This document shows positions 10,359 through 18,392 of a stretch of 64,000 bases of DNA, piece by piece. Source of the stretch: an uncultured bacterium. Its GTDB lineage: Bacteria; Patescibacteriota; Dojkabacteria; SC72. The translations under genes were made by a program, and so were the position numbers. Each line of letters starts with the position of its first letter. The stretch's first letter is position 1. The DNA is taken from assembly GCA_903906305.1 (NCBI GenBank), contig CAIVJR010000005.1:83667-147666 (forward strand), written 5' to 3'. The notes under the pieces are model-generated. The model was not told where the DNA came from. It did not search any database and worked only from the letters and a program-made list of their open reading frames with translations.

Positions 10359-11138
10359 TTACCCTGCTGGAGCATTCTCTAAGTCTATAGACGACTCTTG
10401 AGATTCTTTTCTCATGATATAGTCCACACAACCATATCCCCCATCTACAATGATGTTTGAACCCGTTATAAATGATGCCTTGGGACTAATTAGGAATGAA
10501 ACGACATTCGCTATCTCTGAGGGCTTCCCATTCCTTCCTAGAGGCGATAGATCCGCAGCTTCAAGTGATGATTCCGTAGCCATTTCAGTATTAATCCATC
10601 CTGGGGAAATGCTATTCACTCGAATTTTGTATTTGCCATAATTCAAAGCCAAACTCTGCGTTAGATTTATCAATGCCGCTTTGCTTGCAGAATATGACAT
10701 ACTTGAATACGATCCAGTCATTCCATCTGTACTTGCTATATTAACAATGCTCCCACCCTCTTCCATCTGATTGATCAACCTTACAGACGTTAACAAGATA
10801 GCATTAAGGTTAATATTTAATGTCTTGGCCCATATTTTGTAGTCAAATTTCTTGAAGTTTTCCATTTCAATAACTCCTGCGTTATTCACTACTACATTGA
10901 ATTTCACCTTTTTCAATTTCTCCAGCATCAATTCGACTTCTTTTTTCTTTTCCAAATCAAAGTACAATCCAGTGATATTAGGTTTAAGTTTTTGTACTAA
11001 TGCCTTGCTACTTTCACTTTCACTTCTGGATACACCATACACATAGTAGCCTTCTTTTACTAACTGCGTAGTAATAGCTGCCCCTATCCCTCGGGAAAAT
11101 CCAGTTATTAATGCTGTTTTTTGTGTTTGTTTTTTCAT
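10359..11138 (-). CDS. short-chain dehydrogenase/reductase (FabG-like)
   Basis: TGFSRGIGAAI cofactor motif, NNAG, and the YSASKAA catalytic Tyr/Lys. Confidence 0.85.
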   Translation of the reverse strand: MKKQTQKTALITGFSRGIGAAITTQLVKEGYYVYGVSRSESESSKALVQKLKPNITGLYFDLEKKKEVELMLEKLKKVKFNVVVNNAGVIEMENFKKFDYKIWAKTLNINLNAILLTSVRLINQMEEGGSIVNIASTDGMTGSYSSMSYSASKAALINLTQSLALNYGKYKIRVNSISPGWINTEMATESSLEAADLSPLGRNGKPSEIANVVSFLISPKASFITGSNIIVDGGYGCVDYIMRKESQESSIDLENAPAG

Positions 11139-11200
11139 TGTATATACAAATGGACGCTCAATATGGTATATAATACAGTATAAATTGAGATATCATAAAC

Positions 11201-12013
11201 ATGTCGTCCACTGAAACGGACAGATTACATACAATTCTTTTTAACTTCGGATTAGAAGAGGAAGAAGTAAAGATATTTGAGTTCTTACTCCAAAATGGTC
11301 CATCCACTGCTTCCCAGATTAGTAAAGGTACCTCTATCCCTAGAACAACCGTCTACAGACTCATCGAGAAATTAGTTCTTACACAGTTAGTTAAAGAGCT
11401 AGTTACCTCCCAAGGGAAAGCCTTTGAAGCAGGAAATGTTCAAGAGTTAAAAATAATTCTTCAACAAAGAGAAGATGAGTTAAGTAATCTGAAGAATTCT
11501 TTTAAAGAATTAGAAAAGATTACGCGAACAATGGCTACTCCAGAAATTGCGAAAACAAAGATCCTTTCGTACAAAGGATTGGATGGGTTAAAACAGATGA
11601 CATGGAATAGTAAGAATGCTAAGAACGAGCTTAGAATTATAGAGAAATCTACAATGAGTCAGTTTCTAGACTATGGTTTTAGCGAAAGAGCAAGAACCGA
11701 ATTTTTACTTAACAAAATACAAGTTAAAGAAATTACAAACGAGAAGGAGATACCTGCTTGGACAGAGATAAAGCAATTTGTTACAGACTACTGGAAGTGT
11801 AAATACATTCCTTCTTCCCTCTTTGAGGTTAAGTTTGAGATATTAATCTACAATGATGTATATGCGATGTATAACTACGAGAATAACGATATTGTAGGTG
11901 TAGAGATATATAACAAGCAATTGGCAGATATGCAGAGGCAACTCTTTGACTTCCTTTGGAGCAATGGACAAGAATTAAAGAAGTTAAATGATAATGGTAA
12001 AAGCTCCTTGTAA
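11201..12013 (+). CDS. TrmB-family transcriptional regulator
   Basis: N-terminal wHTH LGLEEEEVKIFEFLLQNGPSTASQISKGTSIPRTTVYRLIEKLV. Confidence 0.7.
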   Translation: MSSTETDRLHTILFNFGLEEEEVKIFEFLLQNGPSTASQISKGTSIPRTTVYRLIEKLVLTQLVKELVTSQGKAFEAGNVQELKIILQQREDELSNLKNSFKELEKITRTMATPEIAKTKILSYKGLDGLKQMTWNSKNAKNELRIIEKSTMSQFLDYGFSERARTEFLLNKIQVKEITNEKEIPAWTEIKQFVTDYWKCKYIPSSLFEVKFEILIYNDVYAMYNYENNDIVGVEIYNKQLADMQRQLFDFLWSNGQELKKLNDNGKSSL

Positions 12014-12067
12014 TGGCAATATACAGTTGTATATATTTTTCAAGTATAATATACTTACTGTCGTTAA

Positions 12068-12144
12068 GCCTAAGTAGCTCAGTTGGTCAGAGCAACTGTT
12101 TTGTAAACAGTAGGTCGAGAGTCCGAATCTCTCCTTGGGCTCCA
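12068..12144 (+). tRNA. tRNA-Thr (UGU)
   Basis: Cloverleaf GCCTAAG/TA/GCTC-AGTTGGTC-AGAGC/A/ACTGT-TTTGTAA-ACAGT/AGGTC/GAGAG-TCCGAAT-CTCTC/CTTGGGC/T-CCA. Confidence 0.9.
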
Positions 12145-12148
12145 TTAC

Positions 12149-12231
12149 GCAGAGGTGGCGGAGCGGTCAATCGCATTGGACTGTAAATCCAACGTCTTCG
12201 GACTACACAGGTTCAAATCCTGTCCTCTGCA
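12149..12231 (+). tRNA. tRNA-Tyr (GUA), long variable arm
   Basis: GCAGAGG...TTGGA-CTGTAAA-TCCAA, variable arm CGTCTTCGGACTAC, ACAGG-TTCAAAT-CCTGT, CCTCTGC-A. No encoded CCA. Confidence 0.9.
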
Positions 12232-12294
12232 TATGGATATATATCCTTTTATGTTCTAGAATAAACAAAGGATATAACTTTAGCCCAATTACAT

Positions 12295-13017
12295 ATGGAT
12301 TCTATCTTCCCTATCATCATCATGCTTCTCTTTGCTACTGCAGCTGTATTAGTAGTTGGAGGAGTAATATATCTAGTTACCCAGTTAGTTAAGAACAAGG
12401 ATTCAAAGGATACTAAACCATTGAATATAACTGTAAAGATGCTTTTTAAGATATACCTCTATGTTATCTCTTTCATATCTCTTGCTGTTTCCGTTATAGG
12501 TGGTACCATGCTCCTTAAAGCTGGTGCTTCATATGCATTTGGTATTTCATTTTCATATACCCTCTACTCTGCAAGTGATGCTTCTACGGATGTCGTAAAA
12601 GATCCAGATGTAGTCATTCCAGATTGCTACGAAGGTAACACCATGACATTTGGAGACAAGGTTGTGTGTTTTGATGAGGATACTAGAAAACAAGAATTAA
12701 TAACTGGTGCTACATTCTTTGTATCTATGATGATGATCTTTGGATTACACCAGTTTGCATTGAATAGGTTAGAAAAGAAATCTAAAACCCCATGGTTAAA
12801 GAAGATATATACCTTTGTATCATTGATTCTTTACAGTATTGTAGGTGTAATCATAATTCCTACAGCAATATATCAATTAGCTACTCACCTACTCTACAGA
12901 GTAAATGATGTAACACTGTATGATGCGCCTGGGACAACCATTGGGATATTAATAATGACATTACCACTTTGGATATTCTTCTTAGTAAAAACTACTAAGA
13001 TGAAAGATGAGGATTAA
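12295..13017 (+). CDS. polytopic membrane protein, unknown function (possibly DUF5671-like)
   Basis: Five or six hydrophobic helices. The KIYLYVISFISLAVSVIGG segment resembles that family as I remember it. Inserted between tRNA-Tyr and tRNA-Thr. Confidence 0.5.
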   Translation: MDSIFPIIIMLLFATAAVLVVGGVIYLVTQLVKNKDSKDTKPLNITVKMLFKIYLYVISFISLAVSVIGGTMLLKAGASYAFGISFSYTLYSASDASTDVVKDPDVVIPDCYEGNTMTFGDKVVCFDEDTRKQELITGATFFVSMMMIFGLHQFALNRLEKKSKTPWLKKIYTFVSLILYSIVGVIIIPTAIYQLATHLLYRVNDVTLYDAPGTTIGILIMTLPLWIFFLVKTTKMKDED

Positions 13018-13038
13018 TGTAGTATAATTTTCGCCAAT

Positions 13039-13115
13039 GCTGAATTAGCTCAGACGGTTAGAGCACATTCTTGGTAAGAATGAGGTCCTGAGTTCGACTC
13101 TCAGATTCAGCTCCA
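13039..13115 (+). tRNA. tRNA-Thr (GGU)
   Basis: GCTGAAT/TA/GCTC-AGACGGTT-AGAGC/A/CATTC-TTGGTAA-GAATG/AGGTC/CTGAG-TTCGACT-CTCAG/ATTCAGC/T-CCA. Confidence 0.9.
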
Positions 13116-13116
13116 T

Positions 13117-13956
13117 TTATACCACTCTCACATTTGGTATATCTGGGGAATCACTGTCTAAATATATCCCAGAGCTACTCGTATTTTTTACAACTCCCAT
13201 CATCTGTGCTCCCCATGTCCCATCATCATTCTGTTCTTTGCTAACCTGTAGCAATGCCCAAGAAAGATATCCCCTATCCGTACCTAATAAATTGTTTGAA
13301 CCTATCTCAAAGCTTTGAGCTGGAGTATTCCCATTATCAACAATATCAGAGCTTGTACCTGCAATAATTATTGGAATAACACAGTACATAGTATCTTTCT
13401 GCAATGGTATCTCCCTAGATTTAGACCCCTGTAAAGGCATTGCAAGATTGTCCAAAGTAATTCTATGCAGTATTTCCTCTCCTGTTTCAGTCTTTTCCTC
13501 TTTTTGTGTAAAAATAAAGGTATAAGGAAGAATATCTCCAACATTCTGCTTTCCACTTTCTTCAGACCAACTCATAAAAGTAACATCATCATCCGCAAAC
13601 ACTCCACCCTTGTAAGTTATTCGTACATTTGCTCCGCCAACATTCATAATTCCCCCTTCTCGTATAGCACGAGGATATTGCACATTTGGATCCTTTGAAT
13701 CTACTGCTCCCAGATAATCCCTAGAAACTGATACTGGATGACATTGTGCATCTCTTAAAGACTTCTTCTTTTCTACCAAAAATTTTTCAGCAGCATCTGT
13801 TCCAGCAGAATCAGTTTTAACGCCACAGGAGGATAATGCCACAGCACCTGCAATCACAGCCGTTGTTCTTAGTACACCCCTCAGGAACCTTCTTCTTTCT
13901 GGATTAAATGGTATACGCCCCTCCCCAGAATTACCTTCTTTTCCTTCTCCTCCCAT
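13117..13956 (-). CDS. hypothetical exported lipoprotein with Tat-like signal
   Basis: N-terminus ...NPERRRFLRGVLRTTAVIAGAVALSSCG contains a twin-arginine motif RRxFLR, an h-region and a lipobox-like LSSC. The rest has no recognisable motif. Confidence 0.55.
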   Translation of the reverse strand: MGGEGKEGNSGEGRIPFNPERRRFLRGVLRTTAVIAGAVALSSCGVKTDSAGTDAAEKFLVEKKKSLRDAQCHPVSVSRDYLGAVDSKDPNVQYPRAIREGGIMNVGGANVRITYKGGVFADDDVTFMSWSEESGKQNVGDILPYTFIFTQKEEKTETGEEILHRITLDNLAMPLQGSKSREIPLQKDTMYCVIPIIIAGTSSDIVDNGNTPAQSFEIGSNNLLGTDRGYLSWALLQVSKEQNDDGTWGAQMMGVVKNTSSSGIYLDSDSPDIPNVRVV

Positions 13957-14005
13957 ATGTATATATTTCTACTCAATTTACTTGCATAAGTATATCACAA
14001 ACCAT

Positions 14006-14034
14006 TTGACCTCTTACATATTTTCCCATATAAT
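14006..14034 (+). promoter_or_regulatory. sigma70-type promoter for rpmG-secE-nusG-rplKA
   Basis: TTGACC (14006-14011), 17 nt, TATAAT (14029-14034), 50 nt upstream of rpmG. Confidence 0.55.
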
Positions 14035-14084
14035 ACGCGTATATTTCCCAATATATACATTTTTAAATTGAATCCCTGAAGAAT

Positions 14085-14249
14085 ATGGCAAAAGTTAAAA
14101 GAGATCTCATCGCTTTGAAATGTACAGAATGTGATAGCAAGAACTACACTGATTACAAAACAAAGAATATAAAGGAGAAGATGGAAATGAAGAAGTATTG
14201 TCAGGTATGTCAAAAGCATACAGTGCATAAGGAGACCAAAATAAAATAG
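14085..14249 (+). CDS. rpmG: 50S ribosomal protein L33 (zinc-ribbon form)
   Basis: 54-aa ORF below the track cutoff, translated by hand: MAKVKRDLIALKCTECDSKNYTDYKTKNIKEKMEMKKYCQVCQKHTVHKETKIK. In the canonical position before tRNA-Trp and secE. Confidence 0.85.
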   Translation: MAKVKRDLIALKCTECDSKNYTDYKTKNIKEKMEMKKYCQVCQKHTVHKETKIK

Positions 14250-14269
14250 TCGCTCTTTGAATTAATTAC

Positions 14270-14346
14270 GGGCCCATAGTTTCAATTGGTTCAAACAGCG
14301 GTCTCCAAAACCGTTATTCCCTGTTCGAATCAGGGTGGGCCTGCCA
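14270..14346 (+). tRNA. tRNA-Trp (CCA)
   Basis: GGGCCCA...GCGGT-CTCCAAA-ACCGT...CCCTG-TTCGAAT-CAGGG-TGGGCCT-G-CCA. Confidence 0.9.
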
Positions 14347-14357
14347 GAAATACAAAA

Positions 14358-14537
14358 ATGAAAAACAACATATTTAAAAATATAATAAGTGAATTAAAGA
14401 AAACCAAGTGGCCTACATGGAAACAGGTAGGAATATTAACCATATATACCCTAGTTATATGTGGTATAATCACCCTGTTAATTCTTGGTTTAGACCTAGG
14501 ACTCTACAAAATTAGAGACTGGTTTCTTAATGTTTAA
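14358..14537 (+). CDS. secE: preprotein translocase subunit SecE
   Basis: 59-aa single-TM protein MKNNIFKNIISELKKTKWPTWKQVGILTIYTLVICG..., directly upstream of nusG. The track ORF 14286.. begins inside the tRNA at a TTG. Confidence 0.85.
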   Translation: MKNNIFKNIISELKKTKWPTWKQVGILTIYTLVICGIITLLILGLDLGLYKIRDWFLNV

Positions 14538-14547
14538 CTAAATAATA

Positions 14548-15153
14548 ATGACAAAAGAAGTAGAAGTAAAAAAAGAAGTTAAAGAAAAAGCAGTAAAAGT
14601 TCCTAAAGAAGTTGTGAAGAAAGAAAATCCAAATGCAAAGTGGTATGTTTTAAATATTAGAACTGGATACGAGAACAGTATTCAAAAGGAATTAAAGCAA
14701 AGAATTGAAGCTACAGGTATGGAAAATCAAATAGTTGATATCCTAGTCCCTACTCAAAAGAAAATCTTTGTTAAAAAAGGTAAACAAGAAGTTAAAGAAG
14801 AAAAGATATTCCCTGGATATGTATTAGTAAAGATGGAATTAGATACAAGAACATGGGATTTGGTTAAGAATACAGAAGGTGTAAGAGGTTTTGTTAAAAC
14901 AGAAAAATATCCTAAACCACTACCAGAATCAGAAGTAAGAGCAATTACCAAATTCATGGAAGTCGAAACTCCTTCATTCCAAACATCATTCAGTGTTGGA
15001 GAGGCAGTTAAGATTACAGAAGGTGCATTTGCAGACTTCATCGGAAGTGTACAGGATATTGATACTACAAAAGGAAAGATCACAGTCCTCATTTCTTTCC
15101 TTGGTAGAGAAGCACCTGTTGAATTAGATCTTACACAGGTAAGTAAACTTTAG
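14548..15153 (+). CDS. nusG: transcription termination/antitermination factor NusG
   Basis: NGN domain (KWYVLNIRTGYENSIQKEL), a C-terminal KOW (GEAVKITEGAFADFIGSVQDID), and synteny. Confidence 0.95.
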   Translation: MTKEVEVKKEVKEKAVKVPKEVVKKENPNAKWYVLNIRTGYENSIQKELKQRIEATGMENQIVDILVPTQKKIFVKKGKQEVKEEKIFPGYVLVKMELDTRTWDLVKNTEGVRGFVKTEKYPKPLPESEVRAITKFMEVETPSFQTSFSVGEAVKITEGAFADFIGSVQDIDTTKGKITVLISFLGREAPVELDLTQVSKL

Positions 15154-15169
15154 TTAAATATATATTGAT

Positions 15170-15595
15170 ATGGCAAAAATAGTAAAAAAAATAATTAAGA
15201 TAACTATACCCGCAGGCAAGGCAACAATGGCACCTCCAATAGGTCCAACTCTTGCTCCTTACGGTATCAATGCACAGGATTTCTGTGCACAGTTCAATGA
15301 AAAGACTAGAGAGAATGATGGTATATTAACACCAGTAATCTTAACAATCTATGAGGACAGAACATTTGGATTTGAATTAAAAACTCCTCCTACATCAGAA
15401 TTGATTAGAAGAGAATTACATATCAAGGCTGGATCTGCAAAACCAAACCTTGAGAAGGTTGGAAAACTTACCAAAGAACAGGTTTTGAAGATTGTTGAAG
15501 TAAAGATGCCAGATTTAAATACATCAGACCCAGAGCAAGCAGCAAAAATTATTGCTGGTACTGCAAAACAAATGGGTGTGGAAGTAGAACTTTAA
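15170..15595 (+). CDS. rplK: 50S ribosomal protein L11
   Basis: PAGKATMAPPIGPTLAPYGINAQDFCAQFN. Confidence 0.97.
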   Translation: MAKIVKKIIKITIPAGKATMAPPIGPTLAPYGINAQDFCAQFNEKTRENDGILTPVILTIYEDRTFGFELKTPPTSELIRRELHIKAGSAKPNLEKVGKLTKEQVLKIVEVKMPDLNTSDPEQAAKIIAGTAKQMGVEVEL

Positions 15596-15614
15596 TTACA
15601 AGAGATATACAAAT

Positions 15615-16301
15615 ATGAAAAGAGGAAAAAAATATATTAAGACAACAAAAGGATTAGACAGAGAACAGTCATATACTGTTGCAGAAGGTATTAAGAAAGT
15701 TAAGACCCTCTCCTACTCTAACTTTGTAGGTACATTAGAATTACATGTTGATGTTAAATTACCTAAGGACAGAGATCCTAAGTCAATCAAGGGAGCAATC
15801 TCTCTTCCTAATGCTAGTGGTAACAAGGTTGTTAGAGTTGCAGTATTTGCTACTCCTGACAAAGATGAGGCAGCAAAAGCAGCTGGTGCAGATTTAGTAG
15901 GTATGGAGCAATTGATGAAGGATATTAAGGCTGGAAAGATTGAATTTGATGTAGCTATTGCTACTCCTGCAGTTATGCCTAAGCTTGCAGTACTTGGTAA
16001 AGAGTTAGGCCCTAAAGGATTAATGCCAAGTCCTAAGAATGGTACAGTTACTGATGATATTGCAAAGGCTGTTTCTGAATACAAAAAAGGTAAACAGACA
16101 TTTGCATGTGATGACTCTGGAGTTATACATTTAAATGTAGGTAAATTAGATATGGATGATGCTAAATTGGTAGAAAATGTACACGCTGGCGTTACCTCTA
16201 TTGAAGAAGTATTAGGTAAACCTGTAGATCAGATTCTACAGAAGATGCATCTTGCTCCTACAATGGGTGCAAGTGTTAAGATATCCTACTCTAAAGCATA
16301 G
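15615..16301 (+). CDS. rplA: 50S ribosomal protein L1
   Basis: KRGKKY..., FVGTLELHVDVKL..., and synteny. Confidence 0.97.
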   Translation: MKRGKKYIKTTKGLDREQSYTVAEGIKKVKTLSYSNFVGTLELHVDVKLPKDRDPKSIKGAISLPNASGNKVVRVAVFATPDKDEAAKAAGADLVGMEQLMKDIKAGKIEFDVAIATPAVMPKLAVLGKELGPKGLMPSPKNGTVTDDIAKAVSEYKKGKQTFACDDSGVIHLNVGKLDMDDAKLVENVHAGVTSIEEVLGKPVDQILQKMHLAPTMGASVKISYSKA

Positions 16302-16323
16302 TAGATATTACATATTGTAAATG

Positions 16324-16353
16324 AAAGACCTCCGTAAGGGGGTCTTTTTGTTT
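16324..16353 (+). terminator. rho-independent terminator after rplA
   Basis: Stem AAAGACCTCC / GGGGGTCTTT with a GTAA loop, followed by a T run. Confidence 0.75.
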
Positions 16354-16360
16354 ATATATC

Positions 16361-16389
16361 TTCACAAGATGTATTCTATAGGATATAAT
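16361..16389 (+). promoter_or_regulatory. promoter of ORFan 16451
   Basis: TTCACA, 17 nt, TATAAT. The spacer ends in TTCTATAGGA (16374-16383), shared with the next cassette and the uvrA upstream region. Confidence 0.5.
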
Positions 16390-16450
16390 GTGAATGTCTT
16401 GTTGCTCTTAAGAAGTCTGAAAATCATTATAAAAAGGCGGAGAATACATC

Positions 16451-16807
16451 ATGTGTTATAAAGTAGGACAAGAATTAGTACTAAAGCTAATCGTTGCAAG
16501 AGAGTATGGCAATTGTGCACACTACACACAAGTGGGTGGACACGGTCCAGATTTTCTGGTCCTCCCAGACAAAACGATGAAAGCCTGCAATTCAGATCCC
16601 AACCTCTTTTATCATGAAAGAGAAGAATATGTTTTAATCCATGGAATTAAAATTCCGTTGGAATCGGGATTTGAAAAAGTAACTGATAACTCTCGAAAGG
16701 TTGTTTCAAAAGGTGCAAAGTTCTCTATCACCTTGATTCTTTACAAACAAACAGCCCCAGAAAAAGAATCTGCTACTTTCAGAATTAAGTCGGTTAGTCT
16801 GGCTTAA
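16451..16807 (+). CDS. hypothetical protein (ORFan inserted in the rplA-rplJ gap)
   Basis: 118-aa ORF with a GGAG about 9 nt upstream of the ATG and its own promoter. No recognisable motif. Confidence 0.5.
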   Translation: MCYKVGQELVLKLIVAREYGNCAHYTQVGGHGPDFLVLPDKTMKACNSDPNLFYHEREEYVLIHGIKIPLESGFEKVTDNSRKVVSKGAKFSITLILYKQTAPEKESATFRIKSVSLA

Positions 16808-16858
16808 CGTTACTCATTATTGAATTAGACTTTCTTAGGAACAAAATAGACAGAGGGT

Positions 16859-16934
16859 GCGCTAATAGTCGGATTACCTGAAGGTAACTCGAGAACCATT
16901 CAGGTTCACTATTATTAACAATATCTATTAGCGC
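16859..16934 (+). other. long-range inverted repeat / structured RNA element downstream of ORFan 1
   Basis: GCGCTAATAG (16859-16868) pairs with CTATTAGCGC (16925-16934). An inner stem is ACCTGAA (16876-16882) / TTCAGGT (16899-16905). An alternative partner, ACTATT at 16909-16914, exists. No U run. Confidence 0.4.
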
Positions 16935-16968
16935 GCTCTCAGCACCATCCTATTTATCACAATATATC

Positions 16969-16997
16969 TTTACAATTCCATTTCTATAGGATAGAAT
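16969..16997 (+). promoter_or_regulatory. promoter of ORFan 17066
   Basis: TTTACA, 17 nt, TAGAAT. The spacer again ends in TTCTATAGGA (16982-16991), and an ATATATCTT box precedes the -35 as in the first cassette. Confidence 0.5.
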
Positions 16998-17065
16998 ATC
17001 TAGGCAACAAGTATACCGTTGCACCTTTCAAACCAAAAGAATATCTGTAGTTAGGGAGAAACTTG

Positions 17066-17563
17066 ATGGACACAACAATTCTTGACGTTGAAAAATCCGT
17101 AGAACTAGAAACACAGCAAGAAATAGATTACTCTGGAAGTGACGGAGATCCGTTAATTCCATGGGAATGTCTATGTGAAGAACATCAAAGAAACAAAAAA
17201 TCCCACAGGTGGCACAAATCCTCCATGACCATAATCTCCGTAAGTGAGATTGATAAAAAGCATGTGAGAGTACATACTCCCAAGGGAGTATATATTTGCC
17301 GAATCACAAAATTCGACCAATATAAGGTTATAAGGGTTGTACGAACCAAAAAATCCTTTAAACCAAAAGATCCTCCCATTGAACTAGAAGATGAATTCCT
17401 CCCTGTCGTTATCGCCGAATGTGAGTTCTTGGAAGACAATTGGAAGGAGGTCCTTGCAGAGCAGAATCGGGAACAAAATCCCCAAGGAGAACAGCAAACA
17501 CTTAGAGTTATCTCTCCTGAAGCATTCAAAGCTGCAATGGACAAACGACAACCCAAAGCTTAA
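17066..17563 (+). CDS. hypothetical protein (second ORFan in the rplA-rplJ gap)
   Basis: The track ORF starts at TTG 17063. ATG 17066 is preceded by AGGGAG. Contains a Cys/His cluster WECLCEEHQRNKKSHRWH and has no recognisable family. Confidence 0.5.
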   Translation: MDTTILDVEKSVELETQQEIDYSGSDGDPLIPWECLCEEHQRNKKSHRWHKSSMTIISVSEIDKKHVRVHTPKGVYICRITKFDQYKVIRVVRTKKSFKPKDPPIELEDEFLPVVIAECEFLEDNWKEVLAEQNREQNPQGEQQTLRVISPEAFKAAMDKRQPKA

Positions 17564-17615
17564 GCCAAGGGTATTGTCTTCGTTTCGCAACCGTTATACT
17601 TGTTGAAAAAAGGAA

Positions 17616-17700
17616 GGTGGACCTAGTAATAGAATGTGATCTATAAAAGAAGCTGAGCTCTGCGCAGAGTTTCTTTTAAAAATCATTTCTTAGGTCCACC
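17616..17700 (+). other. long-range inverted repeat downstream of ORFan 2
   Basis: GGTGGACCTA (17616-17625) pairs with TAGGTCCACC (17691-17700). It encloses the palindrome CTCTGC/GCAGAG (17658-17669), followed by TTTCTTTT. Confidence 0.4.
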
Positions 17701-17716
17701 TGCACGTCCCCATCTA

Positions 17717-17745
17717 TTGACCCTACCCCATTCTACTGATATAAT
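17717..17745 (+). promoter_or_regulatory. sigma70-type promoter for rplJL
   Basis: TTGACC, 17 nt, TATAAT, 85 nt upstream of rplJ. Confidence 0.55.
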
Positions 17746-17769
17746 CCAAGCCATATATTAACCTAAGAA

Positions 17770-17793
17770 ACAAGGTATAGAATAAATCCTTGT
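17770..17793 (+). promoter_or_regulatory. hairpin in the rplJ 5' leader (possible L10-leader-type autoregulatory element)
   Basis: ACAAGG-N12-CCTTGT between the promoter and rplJ. Many bacteria carry an L10(L12)4-binding leader at this position. Confidence 0.3.
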
Positions 17794-17830
17794 GAGGTAA
17801 ATAGTGAATTCAATTAAATAAATAATAAAT

Positions 17831-18352
17831 ATGTCAAAAACACGTTCCCAAAAAACGGAGTTATTAGATGGATATAAAGAAATCCTTAAGAACAAGGTTG
17901 GATATCTTTTAATCAACTCTGAAAAGACAGATACTAAGACTGTAACAGGCCTTAAGATCCAGTTAAAAGGTGTAGGTGCTAACTACGAAGTAGTAAAGAA
18001 CAGTATCTTTAAAATAGCTCTACAAGAAACAGAGCAACCATTAAAAACACAAGAATTTGATGGACCTACAGCAATCATATTTTTTGATGAAGATCCTACA
18101 GCTCCTGCAAAATTAGTAAAAGAAGCACAAAAAGTTACCAAACTTTTTGAAGCAAGAGGTGGTGTATATGAAGGTGAATTTTTAACAGCAGAAAAGGTAA
18201 TGCAATTAGCAGATATTCCTTCAAGAGAAGTATTACTTGGTAAGTTACTGGGCACAATGGTCGCCCCACTCTCTGGCTTTATGAATGCCGTTACTGGCAA
18301 TGTCAGAGGTTTAACAATGGTTCTAAAGGGCATTTCTGAAAAGGATGCTTAA
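17831..18352 (+). CDS. rplJ: 50S ribosomal protein L10
   Basis: Length, position before rplL, and typical N-terminus (KTRSQKTELLDGYKEILKN). Confidence 0.93.
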   Translation: MSKTRSQKTELLDGYKEILKNKVGYLLINSEKTDTKTVTGLKIQLKGVGANYEVVKNSIFKIALQETEQPLKTQEFDGPTAIIFFDEDPTAPAKLVKEAQKVTKLFEARGGVYEGEFLTAEKVMQLADIPSREVLLGKLLGTMVAPLSGFMNAVTGNVRGLTMVLKGISEKDA

Positions 18353-18392
18353 GGACATAATTTAGTTATTTAATTTATACATATCTACAAAA

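Noticed and set aside
12135-12392. 85-aa ORF spanning tRNA-Thr and tRNA-Tyr
   Set aside because: It overlaps two well-folded tRNA genes and so is not coding. The same applies to 33607..33789, which overlaps tRNA-Arg(CCU) and the uvrA promoter.
14491-14501. 11-mer AGACCTAGGAC in secE, identical to the core of the left inverted repeat at 18875-18885
   Set aside because: It lies inside a conserved coding region (GLDLGLY) with no flanking similarity. Most likely coincidence.
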